A stretch of DNA of 61,900 nt, the filler included, from Choristocarpus tenellus KU-1152 (taxonomy: Eukaryota; Protista; Phaeophyceae): NCBI GenBank assembly GCA_964200185.2. It is 11 parts of 11 records of this genome, joined end to end, with 100 filler letters (N's around TTAATTAATTAA, not from the genome) between each part and the next. Parts side by side here need not be neighbours in the genome. Positions count along the whole stretch, not along the records: positions 10,354 to 14,429 come from CAXNAD020016351.1; positions 14,530 to 17,184 come from CAXNAD020025915.1; positions 17,285 to 23,817 come from CAXNAD020007922.1; positions 23,918 to 28,019 come from CAXNAD020016203.1; 7 more parts are not named here. The stretch is one strand, 5' to 3'. A program made the translations under genes and the position numbers. The notes beneath the pieces were generated by a model. The model worked only from the letters and a program-made list of their open reading frames with translations, was not told the DNA's origin and did no database searches. Each line of letters begins with the position of its first letter. Within the stretch, counting starts at the first letter, position 1. Below, piece after piece: positions 12,826 to 25,657 of the stretch.

Positions 12826-14131
12826 TCAGGATGTTTTGCTTGGCTGAGAACATGAGGAAGTTCCGGTCCCTGACCAGCTAAGTTTGTAAAATAATATGCA
12901 GGTAGCTACCTGATTCAGATATCTCTGAAGCGCTTTGTATTCAGACCAATCATGATCCCAAGTCTGACATTTTTGTTCCTTATTCTTGCACAGGAACTCT
13001 AGGATTGTCGGAAAGGTGAGTTGGGAGTCGAATTGCATGCAGATTCCTATCGCTAAGAGCAATGAACTAACTGGAAACAACACGGAAAGACTAAAAAAAA
13101 ATTGTCCACCAGTCTTCATGCCAAGAAAAATAAAATGGTGCTGGTGACTGGGGTTTGAATAATGGGCTACCAATCTATGCAATGTGCTATACTTTGAATC
13201 TTACCCTTGATGCTATTTTTTGTAGTTAGGAATGGTCAATTTGACTGTTATTTTTGGATTGACTTTGAACAGAAAGAACATACTTCGATCGCCACTCGCT
13301 TCAGTTGTAATCAACTCAATCAATTGCTTCTGCAGCAGTGCTACCGAACTATGGGCAAAATATGCGGGGGAGGAAACTTCGAGAAAAGGGATTGGATGTA
13401 GAAGGTTTCACTATAATGTTCTAATCTCATTGCATAGTGTTTCAATTGTACCACTCAATGCTTAGCTGCAAAATGCAGTAATATGGTTTTACTACATGGA
13501 TCGTCCTCTACTTGAAAATATATGCTCTTCCAAGGTCATGACTTCTCATCCAAATTCTTGTTACCCCACCACCATTGCAGAGTTTTAATTCATGGTGGTG
13601 GACTCAGACAACCGAACACTTACAGTGGTGTTACACTGGAATGCCCCAAATAATCAAAGGAGGAGCACATTGATGGGAAATTAACATCAACGAGCAGGAT
13701 GTGACTGACTATGGAAAACGTGCCATACCTACATGTGGAAGTACTCTAAATTCTATAGAAGTTGGTCGCAGTTTTTGTGATTTTTCTGTTTTTCAGTATG
13801 TTTTCGAGGTAACTACATCTATCTGGCGTAAGGCAGCAGCACGGTGGGTCAAGGCCTGACTCCAAGGCCTGTTGGATTATCAATTGTAGTCTGTTTGAGG
13901 CACAACCTACACTGCAAGTAGTCATTTGTAACGTACATGTGAGTATGAACCGAGCTCGAACAAGGATGTTCTATGGTCCTGATTATAACAGTAGTGCACA
14001 TGCTCCTTGATGTACGTCTGGTCGTCTTTGAGAGTTAGGAATACCTCAATCGTCCTGTGGCACAGGAGGGTCATCTCAGCCTGCTGGATGTCCAGGTTGT
14101 CTACATGTCTTTCTCCTTGGTCCTGGCGTAT
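12826..14131 (-). CDS. Putative 3' exons of a gene of unknown function
   Basis: Exons 14131-14045, 13329-13284 and 12998-12910 join in phase (IRQDQGERHVDNLDIQQAEMTLLCHRTIE|KQLIELITTEASGDR|KFLCKNKEQKCQTWDHDWSEYKALQRYLNQ), with a stop at 12826. No family was recognised. Confidence 0.4.
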
Positions 14132-14221
14132 CTGTTTAGAAAATCAAAAACGATGTGCTTGTGTGGGGTGTGAAGGAAGGGAAGAAGTGAGACCATAGAG
14201 TAATTCAATATTATTATTGTA

Positions 14222-14369
14222 CTCCCTCTGTCCCGTAAGTCTGGGTCGTTAAGTTGTAGCTCTTCAGGAAGACCTTCAATTACTAAACGGACTTTTGTGT
14301 TGAATTCCTTAAGAGTATAATAGATTTTAAAAACTAAATTTCAAATAATTATGTAAATAGTTTTTTTCA
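14222..14369 (+). mobile_element. Isolated TIR of the same mariner family as 2636-4644
   Basis: TA|CTCCCTCTGTCCCGTAAGTCTGGGTCGTTAAGTTGTAGCTCTTC matches the TIRs at 2636 and 4644. It is immediately followed by a MITE at 14370. Confidence 0.8.
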
Positions 14370-14429
14370 GGCTCAAAGTATCTGGGAGGGGGTGGCGGCT
14401 GTCCATTTGGGATCAATTTTTTCATGTCG
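14370..14429. mobile_element. MITE poly-G-TIR subfamily, truncated by contig end
   Basis: GGCTCAAAGTATCTGGGAGGGGGTGGCGGCTGTCCATTTGGGATCAA matches the left part of 51823-51999. Confidence 0.78.
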
Positions 14430-14529
14430 NNNNNNNNNNNNNNNNNNNNNNNNNNNNNNNNNNNNNNNNNNNNTTAATTAATTAANNNNNNNNNNNNNNN
14501 NNNNNNNNNNNNNNNNNNNNNNNNNNNNN
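14430..14529. other. Artificial contig linker
   Basis: N44-TTAATTAATTAA-N44. Confidence 0.98.
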
Positions 14530-15843
14530 TTGTCTTTGTTGGGCATCCTGTATTAGCCAGAGTACGGCACCTGTGGGGAGGTAGTCTTCCCCTGGCACGG
14601 CAATCACCTTGTTGAGGCATCGTTACCAGTTTAGTTCGATCAATCCTGACCAGCTCGTCGACCTCTGGAGCTACAATAAGTACTGTGTAGCTTAATCCGA
14701 AGAGGCCAAGTGTTTCTACGTGGAAAGTGAGCCGCCAATCGGTTTTACAGACATTTTGTGAACACGTTGATCATTATTCCTCAAATAATTTGTGGTTTCA
14801 ACCAGGTCAGAGTACACGTTACTTTGCATAAAACAGTGTTCAAGGGGACATTCTTGTGTTGCTAGTTTGCAAATAGTACATATTTTAGGGAGGTGTCTTA
14901 GCATTGACGACAACGATTGGTTGTATTTACAGTAGTCCTTGTGATGTAGTTTCGTCTTAGTTTCCCCTCGCCCCAACAAATCTGAATAAAATAAAGGGCA
15001 TGATTATTAATAGTACTAAGATTTTGATGTATGTGATTCGGGAAATCTCCTGATAGATCGGATGTTGGCACTGTCATGACTAATGGAACCCTACCAACTA
15101 TTGTGAGAAGTGTACTTACCTGCTCAGCTTTGACAATAGTTTAGTCATGCATGGTACATTTTCCTTCACTCAATGGCTGTGTAATATGGACACTCCACCA
15201 GGTCTACCATTATGATAAGATAAAAAGTCGACCAATGTAAACCAGAGGTACTCGGGTATTGGCGGTCTTACATTTTACGTCAGTTTTTCAATCTTCTCCA
15301 ATTCACCCATATTTCTATGGATGAAGCTCTAATTTTACTTGAGAGCGTTTATTTCTTGATGTTTGGAAACTTTCTCATACAACTCAGAAAATAGCCTGTA
15401 CACATTTGCAATCAAAAACAAATTTTGCGAATATTTGTCAACATTCTTAAGGAACAACTCTGGATACCTCTCCTTTACTTTGACTCACCGCTCTCATCAC
15501 CACAAACTCTTCCTCCTGGACTGGATCGGATTTTTTGCAAACAGGAATGAACTCATCGTACTTTGTCCTGCAAAGAAAAATGCCCTTCTTGTGAAGTTGT
15601 GAACACTCATCGAGGTGACTATCGTTCATTATTTGTACAAAAATGGAGACTCCTGTTGTTTGCAGGGTCATTTGCACATGCATTAGGGAATGAGTAAGTA
15701 CCCCCGAAGTAATATGGTGTCGATGATGTTCATTCAAGCAACATACTTCCAGAGAGAAAGTGTAAATCAGGTGGGCAGGAGGAGAACATCTGGTGGATGT
15801 GCCTTATCAATGGTTCAACCACAGGAACTGATCTATGATGGCT

Positions 15844-16683
15844 TGTAAGGACTCCCTCCACCCTACATTGGGCCTTACAGCCCTTTTATTTGTTTAAGGA
15901 GTGAGTTTAGGTCCTGTCAAGGACCGCATACATGGTGCAAACATCAAACAATGCAAACGCCTCAGCTGTTGAGATGTTGGGAGCACCTCCATGCCGTGTC
16001 TACAACACCCCCAGGCCCAAGCATGCCGTCATGAGCAGCAAAACTGCCAGCTTGACAAACAAAACCATACAATATCCAACTTAAATGCCAATCTTATACT
16101 GCCACCAAATCACATTGTGCACTTGAGCACGCAACTTCAGTTCCTTCAACTGTTTGCGCAGAAAGACAGGGGCATCCTCCAAAATAGAAGAGAGTGCCTC
16201 CCATGTCCTCTTGTTCACACTAAACCCCAACCAGTCCAACTAAACCTGGTTTTCATACCCTTCTACCCTGTGCACTGCCAGAATATCAGAGACATTTCAA
16301 ATTCCCCCTGGTTCTGCATGTACTGGAATATGTATTTCCTTCCATCTCTGTGGTCACGTTCAGCTCCTTGTCTGCATAGAACCACAACCTCTTCAGGCAC
16401 TGCACCATTGCTGCCCTGCAACGATGCCCACCTTCACCCATGTGTGCACACACCATCAGGCGTGTCTGTAGATCCTTGGCTCCATCAGGGTATCCACAGT
16501 GGGGCTATTTTCCCAACACCCACCTGCATCATGCCATCCTGGTCTTCATGTACACGCCCAGCAGAGGTCATAAATCCTCCGCTTCCATGCTTCGTCACAC
16601 CCCCTAGGGCCTTTCTTGCCGCTAGTTGTGCCTCATGCACCACCGCTCTTATTGGCAGGAGGCACGCCAATCTTTTTGAGTGA
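15844..16683 (-). mobile_element. Ty3/Gypsy chromovirus remnant: integrase Zn-binding fragment, chromodomain and 3' LTR
   Basis: The minus strand (with frameshift) reads LWIP/DGAKDLQTRLMVCAHMGEGGHRCRAAMVQCLKRLWF (integrase HHCC region), then LDWLGFSVNKRTWEALSSILEDAPVFLRKQLKELKL...YKIGI* (chromodomain). A 228-bp TG...CA segment (16071-15844) containing AATAAA follows directly. Confidence 0.78.
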
Positions 16684-17031
16684 GATGTTTTCTCAAGTGA
16701 CTGGTAAAATGTTTTCTCAAATGACTGGTAAAATGTTTAAAAGGAAGAGGCACCCAAAATGTCAAAAAATCTTGTCTTCAAGTTAATATTTATGGTAGGA
16801 GTATGATGGTCGTAGTAGGTGTATATTATACTGAAGTGTAATATAAACAGAAAATCTTTGCCCGACCATGCATTGAGCAGGGTTTGAGATGTAATCTTGG
16901 AGAAGACACGAGGAGGGGTGCTAGATTCCAGGAAACTGAGAGGAGGAGAGGGGAGAGGAGGATAATGCTATCGCCACTGTGGATAAGACCTCTGTATATT
17001 AGAAGAGGAAACACTACAGTTATTAAAGTAT

Positions 17032-17184
17032 AGCCCAAAGTATCTGGGAGGGGGGGGGGGTCTACACCCGGGTATCCATTTGGACCAAAATCCGGAAAAG
17101 TGTATTTACAGTATCCATCCGTTGTATGCCACCAAATGACCCAAAAATTGCGATATGAATAAATTGACCCCAAATGGACAGCCG
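17032..17184. mobile_element. MITE poly-G-TIR subfamily, truncated by contig end
   Basis: AGCCCAAAGTATCTGGGAG(G)nTCTACACC...TTGACCCCAAATGGACAGCCG is the reverse complement of the 51823-51999 element. Confidence 0.8.
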
Positions 17185-17284
17185 NNNNNNNNNNNNNNNN
17201 NNNNNNNNNNNNNNNNNNNNNNNNNNNNTTAATTAATTAANNNNNNNNNNNNNNNNNNNNNNNNNNNNNNNNNNNNNNNNNNNN
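17185..17284. other. Artificial contig linker
   Basis: N44-TTAATTAATTAA-N44. Confidence 0.98.
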
Positions 17285-17860
17285 CTCCTGTGGGTCTTCC
17301 CCCTCCCCTTCATTACGAAGAACCTGTCGGCTGTTTCCACCTGTTTCACAAACAGGATCAACAATTTATACACTACACAATATTTCTGAATGTAGAGTAC
17401 TGTGTATAATATAAAATATTCTCAATGACGCACTCTACTCTAAAATACCTATTGTAAAAGCATACAGATGTATCCATTCGTCACCAAAGGCTTGCCCGAT
17501 TGGTCAGATATTTAAGACGATAGACAACAAGCCAGCCAAACAATTGGCTGCGAGATGGAATCTGTAGACTATTTTTTATTGTATCATATCAATATGGGAT
17601 CGTCAAACTTCAAGTCTGTCCAACTTACAGTTGTTCCTAGGTATCAATTGTAGGTACCTTGTCCCATGAACGGTTTCAACCCACAAAAAAAGAATCAAGT
17701 ATCAATATAATATTGGGTAAGTCATACCCCCCTACTGTCACTCTCCAACAACAATTCGGAGATTGTTGTTGTCCCTGCCTTGAGCTACACCCGCCACTGG
17801 TCTGCGACGACATCGCCTTATCGATCTGCTCTCTATCTATTGTACTCAACTACAATAGTG

Positions 17861-20061
17861 ATGTGGAAGGCCATGTACCTGGTGCTGATCGTGAAGCTGA
17901 TCTTTCTCTTGCCGTTGGCTCCTGTCTGCGCGATGACCAGTGCCATCTTCAACGGGGAGATGATCACGTCGGTTGAGGAGCTATCATCTGCTATCGAAAC
18001 CAGCTCGTTTCTTGTTGTCTACCTTCAGCACGGTAGCAACGATTTTCAACGTAAGCGAGCAACTCTGAGGTTGGGTTTGGAGACCTAAGTTGAGTTCGTT
18101 CGTTGAATGAGATCCACCTTTCTAATAACCTGCTCCATGTGTCGCGCTTATCAGGCAGGCTACACTTCAAATCTCGCCGTTTCCCCTCTGCAATTTGTTT
18201 GCCCTTCACGTTGGCTGCACCATCGGATTCCTCCTTGTCTCATGTATCCGAATGGCTCAACTGCTGAGAGAAGTCAACGCCGATTTCAACGACGCCCTCG
18301 ATCAGTTGTCGAGGGAGGACATCGACTTAGTCCAGATGGATGTATCTACCTTTGATGCATCCTGTCACCACGATGACATGGTGGAGATATATGCCCCTCG
18401 ATGCTGTTCGATCCACGAACAGTGGCTGACCCTCGACACGGAGAGCAAGACCGAGGGTCCAACTGTCCTGGTGCGCCAAGTTCGTTCTCGTCTTCCTGTA
18501 TGCATCCTCCTCGTCTGCCAAGATCGGTGGTAACAACACATCTGAGACCTTTCCACCCCTTCCCAACGCAGATTTTCACGAATGGCGTCAACGAGCCGAC
18601 TACCACAATCTCGCCATTCTTGTTAAGCGATGACGAGACCGTCGTTTCACTTCTACGGTCAATGAAGGTATTTTCAGCATTATTATTCAAACCAAGAGCA
18701 TTTTGGTGATGATAATTCTTGTGGAAAGGTAACAATACATTACATTACTACATACCTTATAAAGGAGATCCTGATACTCTCTTCCGGCCATGTGTTTGTT
18801 TGTACTGCAGGCGAGCATGGTAAGGGCAGACGAGAGGATCCGTTCTGCTCCTATCACAGATCGCTCTGACCCCAACTATGTCATGCCAATTTTGGTAAGT
18901 GATAATTGTTGATGTTTTGGAGAGTAGTTTCAGGAAGGGAAATCGATGTGTAAAGTATCGATCGATTTCTTGATTGCTCGATCGAATATCAAACCACACA
19001 ATCTACAGATTAGATTATCAAGCATTTTTATGAAACACAAGATTCACAACCAACTTGATGATTAGGTACCACAGTACTCTGAAGTAGAACTGACTTCCTC
19101 TCGAAGCTGGCACAGGGTGGGGCGCGCGTCAAGTACAGACGAGATAATAGTCCCGTTAGGCGCTGTCAATTTCCTCCCCCTAATGCACTCCCCTGCGTGT
19201 TAAAGATTCTTGTTCCAAATGATGTTAGGTTCCCTTATCAGACCCTCCCGCCCTATTCCCTACACCACTCTCCTTTCCTCTAGCCATTCGTCCCTCGACG
19301 TAATTTCCGCGGTGTGCTGAAGGTTGGAGAAGTTCTTCTTCGGCCTGATACCTTGCAATCTCCGGATTCCAACCATGTCCTGTCCCTGGATGAAGGGGGA
19401 CGTGTTAGGCTGTCCTCACGCAGTGGCAATCGTTGGGTGAGCACCACCGCGGTACACCCTGGTGGACTCCCGCTTTTTTTCGCATCGAAGATTTTCGCCT
19501 TATTGAGAGATCTGGGACTGTTCCTGACTTCGAGAAAGTTTGAGGTGGCCTTGTCGGGAGGGAAATTATCGTCCTTGGATTTTTCTCGACTCCACGACGA
19601 GGTGGGGTCCAAGGACGTGATCAAACCGTCTATTGTGAGACTGAGCGTCACCGGACGTGGCACACTGGTGAGATGCAGTAGGTTATGGGGGGGTTGATCA
19701 GTATCGTTAGTTTCATAAAGAGGTGCTGATTCCACATCTGTCATTCCACCAACTCTCACAGGAAGTGCGTCTGGGGGAGTCGGAAAAGCTGGTGGCGTCG
19801 AAGTCTGGGCGAAGGTGGCCCAATTTCCTCAATTTCTCGTGGTTGAGGAAACCGTCTCAAGATCACAGGCTTATGGTGGCTGACGACGGAATGTTAAGAG
19901 TGTGTCTAGGAAACAAAGAAATTTGGACGATGGAGAGCGCTGTTCCGAAGAGGCATCACCAAGCCCCGACACCCCAACAAGTCGAAGACGAAGTGAAGAA
20001 GGAGTCCGGCAGGCGTCAAGCTTCCTGGAGAGGCTTCAATTACTTGAGATTTTTTGTATAG
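17861..20061 (+). CDS. Secreted protein: signal peptide + non-catalytic thioredoxin-fold domain + degenerate bulb-type (B) lectin-like domain (~416 aa)
   Basis: Exons 17861-18050, 18274-18470 (may contain a short in-frame intron ending at 18422), 18572-18667, 18811-18894, 19284-19667 and 19762-20061 are all GT-AG and in phase from ATG to TAG. Signal peptide MWKAMYLVLIVKLIFLLPLAPVCA. ITSVEELSSAIETSSFLVVYL...FNDALDQL...VQMDV...PTVLIFTNG resembles a PDI b-type domain with no CxxC. Three C-terminal beta-prism-like repeats follow. The gene model is solid; domain names are by-eye pattern matches. Confidence 0.72.
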
Positions 20062-23000
20062 TTGTTAACCCTCTTGGTTTAGTGTAATGTAGTTGAGGAC
20101 ATGGAAGTATATATTGAGTACATATTTCTGTTGATGAATAGGCATCATTGATGTACTCTCGATTTGGAAGGATCTCTGACCCAGCGGAGGAGGGTGGTCT
20201 GATGCCGGCAGGCAGAAGGAAGTATCGTGAGTTGGGCGTACCTCATCCTTTTATTTGTTGATTTGTCTTTTCTGAGGGAACATTGTCTTTATGTGATACA
20301 CAATGGACTTGAAAATGTCTTCATCTGAGTACATCCACCTTGCCTTGGTGGTTTGTCGGTGGTGAGAAGATAATGCTGGTTGAATGTAGCTGCGATTTTG
20401 TTGAGGGGAGATGGAGTCAGAGGGGATGTTTTGGGCTACCTGGAGGTCTGTCCTTCTACTTTTTGTGTGTTTGAAGCCCCTTTGAGTACCCTTACTGTAT
20501 GGAACAGTACCATGTACTCTAGTTTTCAACCATCTGTACTCACTTCTACAGTACAGTGTGTCATGCACAGTGACTTCTGGAGTTGGTTGGTGCAGTCTAC
20601 ATCTTAAATGCGTCTTGATCTTGAAACAGAATGTACTATCTCTGGAGAGTCCTTGAAACAAGTCAAAGTATCCCTACACCAACAGGTCTGTCACCTTTTG
20701 CACACAAAACACTTGTACAAATTGGGAGGGAAGGCAAGTACACAACAAACTACCACATGGTCTGAGGTTGCTGTGTACTACGTAGTACAAGAGAAACACC
20801 TCACCCAAGAATTTGGTGTGTCCTCAATTCATTGGTGCGCAGGACCAGAAAATGTAAATGGGAACGCCTCCTTACTTGTGCTTAGGTCCAACTTGTACAT
20901 AATATACATACAATACATGATCTGGAGGATAAGGATGATTAAAATAAATACCAATACCCCACACTTGTGTAATTGTGTATGAGTTGACCTTGATGGATAA
21001 CTGACTTTGTGTCTCAAAGACATTGTTGAGTCAATGGATGGGTCAAGGGACAATGAGAAAGTTGTGTTTGAAACATTAGTCCTCCCCCCCCCCCCCCCCT
21101 GGACTACCTGCCTGCGGGACAAGTCCTTTGTGAACTTTAGGGTTTCTTGTTGAAAACAGAAGTAGTGCTTTGAGTTCATGATGCGGTGGATTTATTTACC
21201 ATCATCTGAAGCACACACAGAAACCCTCATGCAGTTTATTGTGTGTAGGGATGTCATGTAGCACACATCTGTAAGTCCAAGTCAAAACACAAAAGACTGT
21301 TAATAGTGCTGTGAACTGGAAGACTTTGGGGTATCACTTCAATCAGCTACAAGATAATTTTAATCGATCTGATGTAACTGTTAGCCCATGAGGTGATGCA
21401 TATGAAATATGCACAGGTAGTTGAGTGGTGCTTGACATGACCTTGACCCCTCAAAGTGAAAAGCTCCTAAGAAGCCTCCGCAAGTCTCAGCAGGCAGATC
21501 TGAAGCCATGGCCAGTAGTGAAAAATGTAGTGAGTTGTGGGTAGTGACACCTTGTGATCAATACGTGCCTTTCTATCCTCTGACATGTTCATTAGTCACA
21601 CTCCTCTGATTGTAATGTGATCAAAAAGAACAAATGACCAAACATTTTCAGTTCAGTTATTCTATTATTCCAATGAATCAAACTGAGCCAATTGAACTGT
21701 CAAGGTTAACAATACTACAAAACACCCAACCACCTGACTTGGGACTACTCTGTGATAGGTATTTCCATGTGCATGATGTGTGGCCACACTTCACCATGGC
21801 AGGTTCTTGCTAGGGGAGAGCCCCCCCCTTACCACCCCTCCACCCCTCGAAAAGTATTAAAATATGCCCCTTTCACTCCCAATTGGCCTGTCTGTGGCCC
21901 CCCTTGGCTAGATGCAAATGCCCACTTATTGTTGATCTTTCATTCTGCAACTCCGACTAAGACATTCTTCCTGTGTGACCCTTGATTTTGTTCAACCAAT
22001 GACCTTTGCGGACTCAAATACCCCAAGCCCCTCCCAGTCATCCTTCTCAAGTCCTATTTGAACCACATTATTTTATGCCAAGTGATGTCTGGATACATCA
22101 CCCATCACATGGGCATATCTTGACTCTTGAGGTGATGGAAGCACAGACTGCAGGCTGTACGATGACCGAGAACAGATATCATTGTGATAATTACTACCAC
22201 ACCGAACTATCTATAGGGCAGAAAGGGCAAGAGTTTGATCCTGAAACAAGTGCCCACTGGATCACAACCTGTGCAAAGCTGCAGACTCTATGACTGGGCA
22301 AGACAAATACACTGCATGTTTGGTGAGTACACAATTTACTCACACAAGACCTAGCCTCCACTAGCCTCTCCCACTCCTTACACCAAGGGTCTAGGCGGCA
22401 CTTTTCAGGTGTGTCCCTACCTTACAAGTGTGAACCTATGTAGCCCCTCTGCATCGAGGAAAGAAGAATAGAGTGAGCAGCAGGGGACCATGCGAGATGT
22501 CAGTTGATTTGCCATAGGAGGCAAACCTTTCACTTCATGTAAGGACTATAGACTTGCGACTTCCTCGATTAGAAACATGTCACATGTCCTTTGACCTCTG
22601 GTAAACCTACAACATGGTGTGATGGATGAAATAGAAAATCGTCTTCAAAAAGGAGACTACTCTCTGAAAAGAACACTAGGTATGATTTGGTCAACAAAGT
22701 TGTGATTTGAGTGGGCATTTGAAGTCAATCAATATCAAGATATCCAGGCATACTCCATGGCTAGCTCAGTATTTCCTGCCATACTGCACTTGGTTATTTG
22801 ACTCGACAGGAGGAGTCATCAATATTCTTTAAGGTTTTCTGCAGTTATTCCATTGCTTTGCTGCAGTGATGAACTCCCCGCACATTTAACACACCTACTA
22901 CCCAGCCACTCAGCAACAAATCATCTACCCATCTGGCCCATTGGTCCCTAATGATGATGCGGCTATGTTGTCTCCAAGTAATGTGGCATCATTTTCAACA

Positions 23001-23817
23001 ACATAATTGACCAGTTTCTTGTCCGAAGAGGGGGGGCATAAAAACTACACACTCAAATCATTGGACTTGATTTGTATTTTTAGGTCAAATACCCTCATAA
23101 TTGAGCAGGCTAGAAGAGCATCTAACCCAGAAAAGGTTCAATTGTCTGAAACCCATCAAACATTCCAGATGGGTTGAAAGCATCAAATGTACCTCAAGCA
23201 TGCTGCGGTCATATATCCGGCCAAGGCACTCGATATAGCCGTCACTCCCACTCCTGTAAGGAAAAAGGGATGTGGCCTATTAATGCATATTTTGGAGAGT
23301 AATAGGGATCACTGCTAAAATATTGATTAAGCCTCCCCTCAGACAGAAGGTTCGACCTCCTTAGAGATCATGCTTCCCTGTCCTTTACCAACCCATCCCT
23401 ATATGCTACATGGTTGGATGCACTTGGCATTGCAGCAAGAGGCATGGAGGGAGTTGACTGGGTCGGAAATAGGACACAAACATGGGAGAGTTGCCACTTG
23501 TATCACGAAAAAAATACTATTTCAGAAGGAGAATGACCTTTTGTATCACCCGGGGATGACACAGGGGCCCCTCAGCCTTATTGGACACCAAATTTATATA
23601 CTTCAAGGTTAGCAGTGACCTAGTAACAGAGGGCATGGTTCACTGACTACCTAAAGCAGAAGATACCAATCCTAAACAACCATATTTTTGTTTCGAGCAT
23701 GGCTGGGGTATAATGGTATTCCCACATTTGGCAGGTCACAAAATGAAGCTTTCATCTCAGTACTCTGTAACACGAACACAGTATAATGCAACAATCGACC
23801 CATACAGCTGCAACATA

Positions 23818-23917
23818 NNNNNNNNNNNNNNNNNNNNNNNNNNNNNNNNNNNNNNNNNNNNTTAATTAATTAANNNNNNNNNNNNNNNNNNNNNNNNNNN
23901 NNNNNNNNNNNNNNNNN
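23818..23917. other. Artificial contig linker
   Basis: N44-TTAATTAATTAA-N44. Confidence 0.98.
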
Positions 23918-23959
23918 GTCCTTGCTGAACCCCTCCCTTGTGTATGGTGTCATTGGCAG

Positions 23960-25620
23960 GAGGTGGAAGTTCCCGCTCAGTTTGTGATCAATGTGGCCAA
24001 CGGTTACGATGATCCTGAGACAGGGGAGGTACAAAAGTAAATGACCTTTCGCCTCTGCTGTGTACATGTTGCCTTTGGTCTAAATAACACCTGCCGTTTT
24101 TGATGCTTTGGGCTTAGGGCCACTCTATGAGAATGCTGCGATGTAGTAGTGGGATGCAATAGTTTATACGATTCGTTTTCTGTAAACAGTACCGTGTCCT
24201 GAAGAGAAACCGTACTTGAGACCAATGACGCCGACCTTGGCGCAGTGCATTCATACATTGGCAGGCGGTGTGAGGGGGCTTCAGAAAAAGTACCTTATCC
24301 TTTTGCCTAGGTTGTTGTGGCGTCTAGGAAGCGTTTCGGGAATGCAAGCAGGGTAGTCGCTTCGACGATGCTCTGGATGAATCAATCCGTTTTTAGTCAT
24401 GGGTGGGGGAGGGGTTTGGGCTGTGTGACTACTTTGACCAAAAGAGTCCAAGTTTGTTCACACGAAAGCATCGAGGAAACTGTCTCGGAAGGTTGCAAGG
24501 AGACCCAGTAGTGGGAGCTCTGCGTGTACTTAGCGTTAGGGATACATTTAGGGCGACACAGAAGGAAGAAAAACTCTCAAGTAGAAACTTATGTACGTAT
24601 TTATGTATATATGTGTATATTAGTAAGTTTTATGCAAAAAAAAACAACTGGAATGGGACCTCTGCATTAGGACGGAATAGGTAATGCCCCTTGTAGAAAT
24701 GAGCTTGTTGGCGTCGGTTCATTAACTTTTGGAGTGCAATGCCTTTTACCCTTGGAGCTCCCAACCCCCACCACTCCCCCGCCCCTCTCCTTCTGATTCC
24801 TCTCTCTACTTTTTTTTTTGTTGCCTTGGGACTCTCTGCTGGTCAGGTGGTGTTCGATGTCGTGGAGGCGGATGAGCTGGTGATGGACTACGGGGTCCAG
24901 AGTTCGAAGGGTGGAGTTCCTTTATGGGACAAAGTTGGTGGGTTGTCGGTAAAGGGAGTTGTAAAGGGAAGGGTCAGGATTCGTCCAGTATGCTGATAGG
25001 CTATAGGCTGATGTGACTGGAAATTTTGGAGATGATGTTGTATTCCTTACGCCTTCTATGTTTTCCATTTATATATATATATATATATTCCTTATGTGCT
25101 GTGGTTAGCTGTAGTGTGGTGTTGTTCTATTGATGTAACTGCTCTTGATTGGGGTGTTGCTGGTGATGTAACTGGTATAGACTTCCGAGTGGTGTTGATG
25201 ACTAGAGTTAGGGCCCGCTGGGGAATTGACCTTGTTTTGTTCTTAGCTTTTGAAGTGTGTTCCAGAGGACTCGTTACGTCTGCTTGGAGTGTGTGTGTGT
25301 GTGTGTGTGTGTGTTTTCCCCCTAAAATTGCGTACCAGTCAGCAATTTAGGACCCCCGCCCCACCTGTACTTCTGTGGCAGTTCCAGAGGTCTCTCCTCC
25401 CCCTCTCAAGCCCTGTGTGGTGGGGATATCTCGAGGAAGGCTATTGGCGCCTTGTGCAGTCTGGCGTTAGCATTAGAGCTCTTGGCAGTATGCTTGTAGA
25501 TGTGGTTTTTGCTTAGGACATGCTTGTGAGGGGAGGTCTGCTGGTTTTGCAGTGTGGTCATTTGTACCAGCAATGTTGTGGGCTTTGTTTGCTTGCAGCG
25601 TGTTCTATTTAGCCTACATT

Positions 25621-25657
<37 letters not shown>

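Noticed and set aside
15991-16683. 230-aa plus-strand ORF as a gene
   Set aside because: It is the antisense shadow of the Gypsy integrase/chromodomain remnant.
20250-23817. Retroelement pol remnant (minus-strand WVDDLLL near 22915-22935)
   Set aside because: A single short motif amid stops, with no supporting RT or integrase motifs in order.
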